DNA of 64,000 nucleotides from Nitrosopumilus sp. (lineage in GTDB: Archaea; Thermoproteota; Nitrososphaeria; Nitrososphaerales; Nitrosopumilaceae): contig OZ244651.1 in NCBI GenBank assembly GCA_965218695.1, forward strand, positions 1,120,001 to 1,184,000. The letters run 5' to 3'. Below the pieces are notes generated by a model, which worked only from the letters and a program-made list of their open reading frames with translations, made no database searches and had not been told where the DNA came from. The first letter of the stretch is position 1; each line of letters starts with the position of its first letter. The position numbers and the translations under genes were made by a program. Shown in pieces: positions 1 through 9,542 of this stretch.

Positions 1-565
1 GCATCTTGCAGGCTCCCTTGACATAGACTCCTCAAACAAGGCATCCCGGTTCATCAGGTTCTGTGACGCCTTCAACATACCGATAATCACGCTAGTCGAC
101 ACTCCCGGATACATGCCCGGCTCCAACCAGGAGCACAACGGGATCATCCGGCACGGCAGCAAGCTGCTGTATGCGTACTGCGAGGCCACCGTTCCCCGCA
201 TCACGCTGGTCGTCGGAAAGGCCTACGGCGGTGCGTACATCGCCATGGGCAGCAAGAACCTCAGAACCGACATAAACTATGCTTGGCCCACTGCAAGATG
301 CGCCGTTCTGGGAGGGGAGGCTGCAGTCAAGATAATGTACAGAAAAGAGCTAAACGCAGCGGAGAATCCCGAATCCCTCAAGGGGCGTCTGATTGACGAG
401 TTTGCAGAAAAGTTTGAGAACCCGTACGTTGCAGCATCGCATGGAACTGTGGACAACGTAATTGATCCTGCCGAGACCAGACCGATGCTCATCAAGGCCC
501 TCAGAATGCTTGCAAACAAGCGCGAAAAACAGCTTCCGCGAAAGCACGGGAACATAAATCTGTGA
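1..565 (+). CDS. pccB: Acetyl-/propionyl-CoA carboxylase, carboxyltransferase subunit (C-terminal part, truncated by window edge)
   Basis: Frame is open from position 2 (HLAGSLDIDSSNKASRFIRFCDAFNIP...DTPGYMPG...GKAYGGAY...RKHGNINL); typical carboxyltransferase motifs; directly upstream of biotin carboxylase. Confidence 0.95.
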   Translation, partial: HLAGSLDIDSSNKASRFIRFCDAFNIPIITLVDTPGYMPGSNQEHNGIIRHGSKLLYAYCEATVPRITLVVGKAYGGAYIAMGSKNLRTDINYAWPTARCAVLGGEAAVKIMYRKELNAAENPESLKGRLIDEFAEKFENPYVAASHGTVDNVIDPAETRPMLIKALRMLANKREKQLPRKHGNINL

Positions 566-571
566 TGAATC

Positions 572-2059
572 ATGATTGAGAAGGTACTTATCGCAAACAG
601 GGGGGAGATTGCGCTACGCGTCATCAGGACGTGCAAGGCTCTTGGCATCAAGACCGTGGCAGTGTACTCTGACGAGGATCGCAACTCGCTTCACGTAAAG
701 CAGGCAAGCGAGGCATACCACATAGGGCCTGCAGCCCCTGCAAAGTCCTACCTGAACCAGCAGAAGATCCTCGAGGTGATCCTCTCGTCCGGGGCAGACG
801 CGATCCATCCGGGATACGGCTTTCTGTCCGAGAATGACGACTTTGCAAGGCTGTGCGAGGGGAACAACATCAACTTTATCGGCCCGTCTGCTGACTCTAT
901 GAATTTGTGCGGCGACAAGATGCGGTGCAAGGCAGCCATGCTCAAGGCCGATGTGCCGACAGTCCCGGGAAGCCCGGACCTGGTAGGTGACGCAGAGGAG
1001 GCAGCAGACATTGCAAACAAGATAGGATATCCCGTCCTTCTAAAGTCCGTGTACGGCGGAGGGGGCCGCGGAATCAGACTCGCGCGCAACGACGAGGAGC
1101 TGCGCCAGGGATACGATTCTGTCACAGGCGAGTCCATCGCGGCTGTGGGCAAGTCGGCAATACTTGTAGAAAAGTTCCTTGAAAAGACCAGGCACATAGA
1201 GTACCAGATGGCAAGGGACACCCACGGGAACACCGTCCACATCTTTGAGCGGGAGTGCTCCATCCAGAGGAGGAACCAGAAGCTGATCGAGCAGACCCCG
1301 TCCCCAATAGTAGATGATGAGACAAGGGAGCGCATAGGCCAGATAGTGTGCAATGCAGCCGATGCTGTAGACTATACCAATCTGGGTACCGCCGAGTTTC
1401 TGCGGGCAGACAACGGAGAGTTTTACTTTATAGAGATCAATGCTAGGCTGCAAGTGGAGCACCCGATCACCGAGTTTGTCTCCGGACTGGATTTAGTCAA
1501 GCTGCAGCTGGACATTGCAAACGGGGAGCCCATACCCTTCAAGCAGAGCGATCTCAAGATGAACGGCTATGCCATAGAGTGCAGAATCAATGCCGAGGAC
1601 ACGTTCCTTGAGTTTGCCCCTTCAACCGGGCCGGTACCAGACGTGACCATCCCTGCAGGACCAGGGGTAAGGTGCGATACCTACCTCTATCCCGGATGCA
1701 CGGTATCACCGTTTTATGATTCCCTGATGGCCAAGCTTGTCACGTGGGGGCAGACATTTGAGGAGTCAAGATCCCGGATGCTTGTGGCCCTCAACGACTT
1801 TTACGTTCAGGGCGTGGAGACATCGATTCCGCTCTACAAGACCATCATGGAATCTGAAGAGTACAAAAACGGCGATCTCTCTACTGACTTTCTCCAGAGG
1901 TACGGCATGATAGACAGGCTCTCCAAGGACATCAAAAAGGAGCGGGATGCAAAGAGCCAAGCAGCCCTTGCAGCTGCAATAATTCATTCTGAATACTTTA
2001 AGAGCCGGGTGCGCCAGGATTCGGATACAAGATCAAACTGGAGAAACAGGCTGGACTGA
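572..2059 (+). CDS. accC: Biotin carboxylase subunit of acetyl-/propionyl-CoA carboxylase (3-HP/4-HB cycle)
   Basis: IANRGEIA, HPGYGFLSEN, GGGGRG, RECSIQRRNQK, EINARLQVEH motifs. Confidence 0.97.
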   Translation: MIEKVLIANRGEIALRVIRTCKALGIKTVAVYSDEDRNSLHVKQASEAYHIGPAAPAKSYLNQQKILEVILSSGADAIHPGYGFLSENDDFARLCEGNNINFIGPSADSMNLCGDKMRCKAAMLKADVPTVPGSPDLVGDAEEAADIANKIGYPVLLKSVYGGGGRGIRLARNDEELRQGYDSVTGESIAAVGKSAILVEKFLEKTRHIEYQMARDTHGNTVHIFERECSIQRRNQKLIEQTPSPIVDDETRERIGQIVCNAADAVDYTNLGTAEFLRADNGEFYFIEINARLQVEHPITEFVSGLDLVKLQLDIANGEPIPFKQSDLKMNGYAIECRINAEDTFLEFAPSTGPVPDVTIPAGPGVRCDTYLYPGCTVSPFYDSLMAKLVTWGQTFEESRSRMLVALNDFYVQGVETSIPLYKTIMESEEYKNGDLSTDFLQRYGMIDRLSKDIKKERDAKSQAALAAAIIHSEYFKSRVRQDSDTRSNWRNRLD

Positions 2060-2066
2060 TGGAACA

Positions 2067-2579
2067 ATGAAGTACAGAATACAAGACACCAAGAGATCAT
2101 TTGACGGCAAAATAACTGAGAACCTCGGAGGAGGAGACTATGCCATAAAAATAGACGACACGGAGCACCAGCTGAGGATACTGGATATGGACTCTAAGGG
2201 AATCGAGTTCATTCTGGATCAAAGATACCACAAGGCAAAGTACCTGGGAAACTCCACCAGCGAGATGAGTCTGGTGGTAGACAACACGCCCATTACAGTC
2301 AACATGCACGTCGACTTTGACGATATAGTCTACAAGAACTCCGGAGGAGCAAGCACTGCCAGCGCGCAGACCGGGCTTAAAAGCCAGATTCCAGGCAAGG
2401 TCGTCTCGATTGCGGTGGCCGAAGGGGATACGGTCCAGACAGGAGATACTGTCTGCACCCTGGAGTCCATGAAGATGCAGGTTGCAATCAAGGCGCACAA
2501 GTCAGGCGTGATAAGATCCCTGAAGATCAAGGACACTGCGACTGTTGCCAAGGGAGACGTCATTGCAGACATTGAATGA
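2067..2579 (+). CDS. accB: Biotin carboxyl carrier protein
   Basis: ESMKM biotinylation motif in C-terminal lipoyl/biotinyl domain; operon context. Confidence 0.95.
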   Translation: MKYRIQDTKRSFDGKITENLGGGDYAIKIDDTEHQLRILDMDSKGIEFILDQRYHKAKYLGNSTSEMSLVVDNTPITVNMHVDFDDIVYKNSGGASTASAQTGLKSQIPGKVVSIAVAEGDTVQTGDTVCTLESMKMQVAIKAHKSGVIRSLKIKDTATVAKGDVIADIE

Positions 2580-2685
2580 TTCCTGCACAGGATTCGGGTC
2601 AAATTATGACACATGTGACTCAGGCTGCGCCTGATTCTGCATGCCGTCCTGTGTGTGAAATGAAAACATGTGGTTTGAAGCAGGG

Positions 2686-3156
2686 TTACCTTCTTAGAAA
2701 GTCCTTGATCTCCTCGTAGTCAGGTTCCTTCAGGGGGTTCTCTGAGACCCACTTGTACCCTATCTTCCCGTCCTCCGTGACGATAAACACGGAGCGCTTT
2801 GCAGCGTTGTAGTCCTTGATGTGGAGCAGATCCTTCATCAGTATACCATACTCTTTGATTGTCTTGCTGGTGTAGTCGCCTAGCAACGGAAAGTTGAAGC
2901 CGTTCTTTTCTGCAAACGCCTTGTTTGCAAACGGGCCGTCGTTGCTGATTGCGACCACCTGCGCGCCAAGGTCTGCAATCTCCTGCCAAGAGTCCCTGAA
3001 AGTACAGAGTTCAGTCTGGCATACCGGGGAGCTTGCCGCCACAATAAATGACAGGACCGTCTTCTTTCCCTTGAATTCGCCTAGTGTCCGCATCTTCAAT
3101 TCGGTGTCTGGAATCTCAAAGTCCGGGGCCGTATCTCCTATATCTAGCATGGTCAC
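2686..3156 (-). CDS. Peroxiredoxin (AhpC/TSA, BCP-like redoxin)
   Basis: GDTAPDF start, SPVCQTELC CxxxxC centre, AKRSVFIV motif. Confidence 0.88.
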   Translation of the reverse strand: MTMLDIGDTAPDFEIPDTELKMRTLGEFKGKKTVLSFIVAASSPVCQTELCTFRDSWQEIADLGAQVVAISNDGPFANKAFAEKNGFNFPLLGDYTSKTIKEYGILMKDLLHIKDYNAAKRSVFIVTEDGKIGYKWVSENPLKEPDYEEIKDFLRR

Positions 3157-3496
3157 TCCATTATGAGTGGGTTATAAAGCAGTTTAGAAAAGCCGGATCT
3201 GCTTTGTTGTCTGATGTTGCTACTGGCCTATGCGGGCGCTTCCCGGCTGGACTACTGCGCTGCGCTGCGCGCGCAGATTCATTCCTAGAATGTAATGGTG
3301 TTGGGCTGGTCACATCTGTAGTCTTTATTCTCTGAACCGGCGTGTCTGCAGACAGCATGACAGTGGCATCTTGGAGGCCATCCACATATGTCCAATCCAT
3401 CCCGCATCATGCCGAATACTGCAATCAAATCCGTCCGTGTCATGGCATATGGTATGCCCTACCCCTTCAATCTTGTCTTGATCCTACTGAATATTC

Positions 3497-5022
3497 GTAA
3501 GTGTTCACGTGGTTTAACTCATTTTTAGGCGTATTTTGCAATCTCCGCCAAGTAATCCAATTTCTTGTTTTTCCATGTCATTACACATGAAAAGAAATTC
3601 GCCATCCACGTCATCGTCTCCTCTGCCCTTATGCTGCCCCGTATTTTTCTGTGCACGACTATCTCGCGCAACCCGCGTTCTGCAGCATTGTTTGTAGGCG
3701 GGATCTTTGGGTTCAGCACGAACCGGAACAGGTCGCTGCCAGCATTGCTGATCTTGACCATGAATTTTTCCAATATTGGATCGTCGGCGTACCTTGCAAC
3801 GATCTTTTCGATGCATGACGTCAGCATGGCAGACGCGTTGTCCCGGAGAGAGCGCGAGCGTTTCCTGCTTGCCCTTCTGGCATAATCATAGATTATGCGC
3901 AGGTGCTTCAGGACGTTGCGCGCGCCTGGGCAGTCCGGATTGCGGTTGCAGATGTCCCTGGCCTCGCGTATTATGTGCGACCAGCAGCGCTGGACGCGGT
4001 ATTTTCCGTACGCCGTCCAGCCGTCGCACACTAACGTGCCGTCCCAACCCCCAAGCGCTTCTTTCAGAACCTTTGCCCCCCGGCTGTCCCGTATCACGTA
4101 CAGCGCGTGCCCGGTCAGCGGATCGTGCAGTATCCACACCCAGACGTTGCGGCCGTTTAGGTGAATCGATGTCTCGTCGGCGTGCAGTATCTTGGCCTTG
4201 CGTATCATGGCGGCAATGGCTGCCGCAGGGGCGCCCAGCGACGTTCCCAGCCTGCGCATTATGTTGTGCGCCGTGCCCGAGGAGAGTGTAATTCCGTACC
4301 GCGACATGCGGTCTGCGATCATCCTAAACGGCATGCGACACACGTAATCGTCTGCAACATCAGTCGTTATGCTCGGATCGTAGCTGCCCTTGTCTGGAAG
4401 GCCGGTCTCGGGCTTGATGTCCACCAGACCGCAGGAGCAGCGACACGTGTTTATGGTGTGGCGCGTGGTGATGACCTTTATCGTGCGCTCCACCCTGGTA
4501 ATGTCGCGTTTTTCTGACTGCACTATGGAAAGGCTACCCGAGCCGCATTCGGGGCAGGCCTCCGGGGTGTGTTCCTCAAACTCGGTGGGTTTTGGCTTGC
4601 GGGTGCGGCCCATGTGGCCTTTTTGCCCCCCGCGCGACTTCCCGCTGCCGGCCGCATCCACGCGGTCCTTTTGATCCCGGGAGGCTTTTGTGGATTTATT
4701 GTAGGCATTCTTTTCGTCGCCTTTTCCCTTTGTGTCAGGCCATCCGGGCCCCCTTTTTTGTGATGACGGGGTGTTGTAATTGTCATGCCGCACCAGCCTG
4801 CGCTTAAGATCAGCAACTGCCAGATTCAATTCCTCAATTATCTGCCCTTGCATCTCAATCGTCTGCTTGAGCTTGATGTTCTCAGTCTTGAGATCCGTGT
4901 ACATCTTTTTGAGTTCAGCCTGGCTTTTCACATCGGGTTTGGATTACCATCCTATTTGGATCTGTGGTTTGCACAAAATTTACCCAAGAGTGAACTGAAT
5001 TAGGCACGACGTGAACACTTAC
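3497..5022 (-). mobile_element. IS66-family element A, copy 1 (single-ORF type, 1526 bp)
   Basis: 14-bp TIR GTAAGTGTTCACGT at both ends; 8-bp TSD GAATATTC (3489-3496, 5023-5030). Confidence 0.95.
3525..4931 (-). CDS. IS66-family transposase (468 aa)
   Basis: Coiled coil, GGQKGH, CPECG zinc finger, HADET, QRCWSHIIR, PTNNAAERGLR motifs. Confidence 0.95.
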   Translation of the reverse strand: MKSQAELKKMYTDLKTENIKLKQTIEMQGQIIEELNLAVADLKRRLVRHDNYNTPSSQKRGPGWPDTKGKGDEKNAYNKSTKASRDQKDRVDAAGSGKSRGGQKGHMGRTRKPKPTEFEEHTPEACPECGSGSLSIVQSEKRDITRVERTIKVITTRHTINTCRCSCGLVDIKPETGLPDKGSYDPSITTDVADDYVCRMPFRMIADRMSRYGITLSSGTAHNIMRRLGTSLGAPAAAIAAMIRKAKILHADETSIHLNGRNVWVWILHDPLTGHALYVIRDSRGAKVLKEALGGWDGTLVCDGWTAYGKYRVQRCWSHIIREARDICNRNPDCPGARNVLKHLRIIYDYARRASRKRSRSLRDNASAMLTSCIEKIVARYADDPILEKFMVKISNAGSDLFRFVLNPKIPPTNNAAERGLREIVVHRKIRGSIRAEETMTWMANFFSCVMTWKNKKLDYLAEIAKYA

Positions 5023-5717
5023 GAATATTCTTTCTGCCCACTTTACAGAGTCGTGTGCATCTTTGGAATCCATCAGGTCTGGTTGATATTCAGATGCATT
5101 CTTTTTGTCTATTGGTGAAGTGAACTGTTTTTTATCTCCTGATATTCTTGCGGGGTAAATATTCCTCGAACAAGTGATAACACCTCTACATGATCATCGG
5201 ATGCACGTTTTCCTTTGTATGCTGTAGTTAATGCATCCAGTGCGTTAATTGCGCTGTGTATGGCGTTTGTTACTGCACTGTTGTACTTTGCACTCCGCAA
5301 CGCAATATTGGCTGTTTCCAAAAACTCCTCAGATTTTATGATGTATCTAGACGCTTTTTTGGATCCACGTTTCTTGTCATTTTAAAATAGACTCCAGACT
5401 CTTTCCGCATATTGCTATGTGACTGTCTAAAATTGAATGTACGAGCTCGCTTTTTCTTTTTGACTTGAGCTTGGCCTCAGAGAATATTAATGGCGAAACC
5501 TTGCTGTGAAATTTTACAAATATCTCTTGGTTTGCGTTTGATACGCTCACGATCGCATCATCAAAGTCGTTTGATACGATAAAAACATCAATATCACTGC
5601 CTTCCTTTTCCTGTCCTCTTGACGCACTTCCAAAAACTACCGCCGAGATAATTTTTTTTGTACTGAGATATTTTTTGAGATCTGAAACTACCTGCTCAAA
5701 AGTCTTAGCCTCATTCA

Positions 5718-6930
5718 GGGTGTGTCCTAGAGAGATATACTCTAGGATGACAAAAGATATGGATCGGCGGATCACGGCATCGCCTAATGACTACAAAGAA
5801 ACGCGACCAACGACAGTACGATCTGGTTCAGCAGTACATGCCGGGCCTCATGCTGAATACCGTGCTGGGGATAATCAAAGAGCTTGGGGATCCGTACGCC
5901 GTCTGGCCCGGCTTGGGCGGCATGACGGCATACCCGCCTGGCGCCATGGCAGCTGTCTGCATCATGCTTGAGGCACAGCGCACGACCTACCGTAAGATGG
6001 TCGGCATCCTCCGAAACAATAGCGCCATGGCAGCCAAGATGGGCCTAGAGAAAATTCCCTCCAAGAGCACGATAGCACGCGCCTACGGCCTGATCCCGGA
6101 ATGGTACCTGGCAGAGGCACACCGGATTGCCATCAGGGAGGTGGAGGCAGGCTCCCTGGCAGCAGACGGTACCGGATACTCGTACCTGCGGTTTGTCAGG
6201 TGGTTTGACGTCAGGACCGACAGTTTTCGTACCAGAAAGGGATGGGTCAAACTGCACGCAATCGTGGGCATACGCACCAGGGTGATAATCGACTGCATGG
6301 CAACTGACAGCGCAGTGGCAGACATAAACGGGCTGTACGCGATGCTCGGCAGGTTAGGCCGGGGCACCGGCGACTTTTGCCTGGATTCTGCATACCTGGC
6401 AAGGCTAATGTGCAACATGATATCTGCGATGGGAATGGTGCCCCGCATCAAGCCAAAATCCAACACCATACGCAACGCCAGGGGAAGCCAGTCGTGGCGC
6501 GAGATGGTAAGCCTGTACATGGATGAACGGGACAGGTTTGACTCGGAATACCACCAGCGCAGCATCATCGAGGCAGTCTTTGCCGCCCTCAAGAAGATGT
6601 ACGGGGACAGCACCAGGTGCCGAAAACACGAGAACCGGACAAGGGAGACTGCGATCCGTGTCATGTGCTACAACGTCGAGCTCGTGGCCAGATTGCAGGC
6701 AAAAGACGGCAGGCTCACACAGGATCAAATCGCGACACTTGCAGCGTAACCGGCGCGTCTTGACACGCGCCTCCTAGCGGAGCCTCCGCACAGTGTCTTG
6801 AATTTGGGGGATTTTATGGGTTGTGAAAGATTGACGGTGCGGCACTGTTGGTGTCGACGGGTTCTGGCACCAATCATGTCTTTGGCATCTTGGCACATGA
6901 AATGGCATTTTTTATTACTAGAACACACCC
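5718..6930 (+). mobile_element. IS5-family element A, copy 1 (1213 bp)
   Basis: TIR GGGTGTGT(C/T)CTAG; 9-bp TSD CCTCATTCA (5709-5717, 6931-6939). Confidence 0.95.
5787..6749 (+). CDS. IS5-family DDE transposase (320 aa)
   Basis: ADGTG, KLHAIV, LDSAY, YHQRSIIEAVFAALK motifs. Confidence 0.92.
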   Translation: MTTKKRDQRQYDLVQQYMPGLMLNTVLGIIKELGDPYAVWPGLGGMTAYPPGAMAAVCIMLEAQRTTYRKMVGILRNNSAMAAKMGLEKIPSKSTIARAYGLIPEWYLAEAHRIAIREVEAGSLAADGTGYSYLRFVRWFDVRTDSFRTRKGWVKLHAIVGIRTRVIIDCMATDSAVADINGLYAMLGRLGRGTGDFCLDSAYLARLMCNMISAMGMVPRIKPKSNTIRNARGSQSWREMVSLYMDERDRFDSEYHQRSIIEAVFAALKKMYGDSTRCRKHENRTRETAIRVMCYNVELVARLQAKDGRLTQDQIATLAA

Positions 6931-7037
6931 CCTCATTCATGAACATTGGCTCTATGATTTTTTAGGACATGGCTCTTTTCGTTTAGCATTATTTGGTGTG
7001 ACTGCCCCACCGGTTGAATATGCACAACACCAAATAG

Positions 7038-7238
7038 CTACGGCACACATGTAGTACAAAAAATACCCATCGGTTCGGCCTTGTTCTGGCCGCAATCGGC
7101 ACACCAATTGGCTTTGCCGCAGCCATCACACACCTTCAAAATGTCGTTTTGGCGTTCGCCTTTGCAGTGGGCGCATGTTCTCACATGCAACTGGATTTGA
7201 GAATCTAATAAACGCCAAGTTTGCGCTTTTAATGTCAT
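7038..7238 (-). CDS. Small Cys-rich putative zinc-binding protein (66 aa)
   Basis: Four CxxC pairs (CAHC, CDGC, CADC, CTTC); TATATAAT-like box about 20-25 nt upstream of ATG. Confidence 0.55.
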   Translation of the reverse strand: MTLKAQTWRLLDSQIQLHVRTCAHCKGERQNDILKVCDGCGKANWCADCGQNKAEPMGIFCTTCVP

Positions 7239-7642
7239 CGTAGTGGATATGGCATGTAATTATATAGCAATTGATGACAGCTTGCGGCATGCCATTGAGT
7301 GACATGTCGTGATCCTGACACCCGGCACAACTCTAAAATCGACTTGGCATCCGCGGGGCGGCAAGGCATGCGCCCCATCGCTTCAGGAGGGCAGCGGCTC
7401 AATGATGCAAACGGCACACCCACGTACACGCGTTAGACCATGATTGTGCGGGATCGGCAAGAATGGATCCCTGCCGGTAATGGAAAAGTCCTACTTTTCA
7501 GATAATGGATTAAATTGCCAGGCGGGCCTCGGACCTGGCGTGAAACCTGTATGACGCAAAGTTGCCAAACAGGGCGTGTCATTCAAAGGCATGCCGCAAG
7601 CTATTATCAATTACTAAATAATTACACGCTACACCCTAGACA

Positions 7643-8341
7643 ATGACAATGATAAACGCAGAAATACCACAAATGTTTCGCTCTGTAGACATGAATGGGG
7701 TAATTGTAGATTGTGGCCAGAGATATCTGGACAAACTCGGATACGCCAGGGACGAGGTCATCGGCACGCCGTTTTTTGATCACACGCCACCAAAAGCTCG
7801 CAAAGAACTAAAAGCGTCGTTTGCCGCATGGATAAAGAACCACAAGACGAACATTGCCAAAAGAATACAACTGGAGGCAAAAAATGGCAGAACCATTGAC
7901 GTAATACTCACCGTACACAACAGATATGAAAATGACCAGATAGTTGGAAGGGACGCAACCATGCACGAAGTTTCAGACATCAAGAGGCTTCAGGATGCAT
8001 ACAATGTTGGCTCCAGGTACAACTACGAAGATCACAACATCATGCGTAGATCTATAGACTACATTGGTATTATAGTAGACTGTAATCAGTCGTACTTGGA
8101 CAAACTTGGATACACCAGAGATGAGGTTATCGGAATCAGTCTGTACGAGCATACAGCAGTTAGAAGCAAGGGTCACCTGAACGCAAACATGGAGAACTGG
8201 AGAGCAGGACACCGCTACGAGTCCAGGATACACATGTTAAGAAAGGATGGCAGCGAGTTTCCAGTTGATCTTGTATCTACTGACGAAACTGACGGTGCAG
8301 GCCACCTACTAGGTAGAACGGTATCGCTCACACCAGTATAG
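7643..8341 (+). CDS. Stand-alone tandem PAS-domain protein
   Basis: Two repeats of G-x-IVDC-x-Q-x-YLDKLGY-x-RDEVIG and RKDGSEFPV-like PAC motif. Confidence 0.85.
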   Translation: MTMINAEIPQMFRSVDMNGVIVDCGQRYLDKLGYARDEVIGTPFFDHTPPKARKELKASFAAWIKNHKTNIAKRIQLEAKNGRTIDVILTVHNRYENDQIVGRDATMHEVSDIKRLQDAYNVGSRYNYEDHNIMRRSIDYIGIIVDCNQSYLDKLGYTRDEVIGISLYEHTAVRSKGHLNANMENWRAGHRYESRIHMLRKDGSEFPVDLVSTDETDGAGHLLGRTVSLTPV

Positions 8342-8366
8342 ACCCACACCAGTATAGACCCACACC
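8330..8366 (+). repeat. 17-bp tandem duplication (CCAGTATAGACCCACAC) spanning the PAS stop codon
   Basis: Direct reading of the sequence. Confidence 0.85.
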
Positions 8367-8370
8367 CCCC

Positions 8371-8383
8371 TTTTCTTTTTTTT
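8371..8383 (+). terminator. Oligo-T tract, probable archaeal intrinsic terminator of the PAS gene
   Basis: T4-C-T8 tract 30 nt after the stop codon. Confidence 0.45.
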
Positions 8384-8403
8384 GTCGTGTACACCGTCCG
8401 TCC

Positions 8404-9534
8404 TAGCGTGTTGCATAATTCAACTCAGTCACCCAAGACTTGTACCGGATTCGCCTATCCGACTCTACATTGCCCCTGCTCCCATGTCTATCAGTCTGTT
8501 GTAGGTGGCCACTTTGAGGTTGACCTCCTGGATCATGTTCTTCCATTTCAATGAGTACAGGTGTTCCCCGAACATTCTCTTGAATGCAGAAAACACAATC
8601 TCCACAATCCATCTCTTGCCGTATCCGACTCGAGTCTTCCACTCATCTTGGTTGCTTTTCTTCTCCTCGTCGGGCAGCCATTTCACCCGATTGGGATCAG
8701 AGCCGCCAAACTGGTCCCGGACTGCCATGCCCCACACGTCGCCTGCGCCCTTTCCTTTCGGGGTGGAGCTTACCTTGAGCTTGATGAGCGGGGTCACGTT
8801 GCGCTCCCTGCATGCCTTTAGGTTGTCCCGAGAGGCGTAAGCGCCATCGCCATACGCAGAACATTTTGCGGGACTGTCGGCATGGCCGGGTTCTGATGCC
8901 GGGCCCACGCAGTTCTCCAGGGCGTCATCAAGCAGCGGAACGAACATGGGAGAATCCCCCGTCCGATCATCGGTGACACGGACTGCCAGTATCTTTTTTG
9001 TATCCACGTCAACCAGAATGTGCATCTTTACAAACCCGCGTCTTACCTTCCACTTTTGCCGTATCCACTCCCCCCTGTTGTGCTGCTTGAGGCCTGTAGA
9101 GTCTACTGCAAGCCTGATTGCAGCGCCCTTGCTGCCGGTGACCGTGATGATTCTGCCATTCCTCTGGACATCCAGCGACTGGATCCTTCTGAAGATGGTG
9201 GTATAGTGGGGCACTTGCTCCTCCCTGAGCACCTCCCGGATCATGCACATCAGGTTCCTGTAGGGGATGTGGATCATCGATTTTACTGCTGCCAGGGAGG
9301 CAAAGAACGAGTCTGCATACTGGAAAGGAGCCCCGACCTTGTGACGGTTGGCCTTTTTGACCTCGACGCATCTCTCCGGGTCATCGTGAATAATTAATGC
9401 CTGGCCGCGCCTGATGTATTTTTCGTTGTCCGTCTTCAATCCGACACTCTAGGATCCACTGATCTTTAGCTTTTTCGGTCTAGAACACAGTCAACATCAC
9501 TCACTGCAACTAGGCGTAATTATGCAACACGCTA
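8404..9534 (-). mobile_element. IS5-family element B (IS903-like, 1131 bp)
   Basis: 17-bp TIR TAGCGTGTTGCATAATT; TSD GTCCGTCC (8396-8403, 9535-9542). Confidence 0.9.
8465..9439 (-). CDS. IS5-family (IS903-like) transposase (324 aa)
   Basis: AVDSTGLK, GEW, KMHILVD, GDGAY, YGKRWIVEIVFSAFKRMFG motifs. Confidence 0.92.
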   Translation of the reverse strand: MKTDNEKYIRRGQALIIHDDPERCVEVKKANRHKVGAPFQYADSFFASLAAVKSMIHIPYRNLMCMIREVLREEQVPHYTTIFRRIQSLDVQRNGRIITVTGSKGAAIRLAVDSTGLKQHNRGEWIRQKWKVRRGFVKMHILVDVDTKKILAVRVTDDRTGDSPMFVPLLDDALENCVGPASEPGHADSPAKCSAYGDGAYASRDNLKACRERNVTPLIKLKVSSTPKGKGAGDVWGMAVRDQFGGSDPNRVKWLPDEEKKSNQDEWKTRVGYGKRWIVEIVFSAFKRMFGEHLYSLKWKNMIQEVNLKVATYNRLIDMGAGAM

Positions 9535-9542
9535 GTCCGTCC

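Larger units (their letters stand above)
3459..5380 (-). pseudogene. HEPN-domain protein, split by IS66 and two frameshifts
   Basis: Removing the IS (3497-5022 plus one TSD) and adding one A at each of two T6 runs (5355-5360, 5128-5133) gives MTRNVDPKKASRYIIKSEEFLETANIAL...HSAINALDAL...KKNASEYQPD...WAERIFSRIKTRLKG*; ATG overlaps the MNT stop (ATGA). Confidence 0.8.
5377..7037 (-). pseudogene. Minimal nucleotidyltransferase (MNT) with N-terminal wHTH remnant, split by IS5 and 5'-truncated
   Basis: FGSASRG...SDIDVFIV catalytic motif in 5377-5717; frame continues past the IS (GVVHIQPVGQSHQIMLNEKSHVLKKIIEPMFM) if one A is added at the T6 run 6958-6963; no start codon remains. Confidence 0.8.

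Noticed and set aside
3161-3400. 79-aa ORF upstream of the peroxiredoxin
   Set aside because: No motif, and it overlaps the likely promoter of the peroxiredoxin gene
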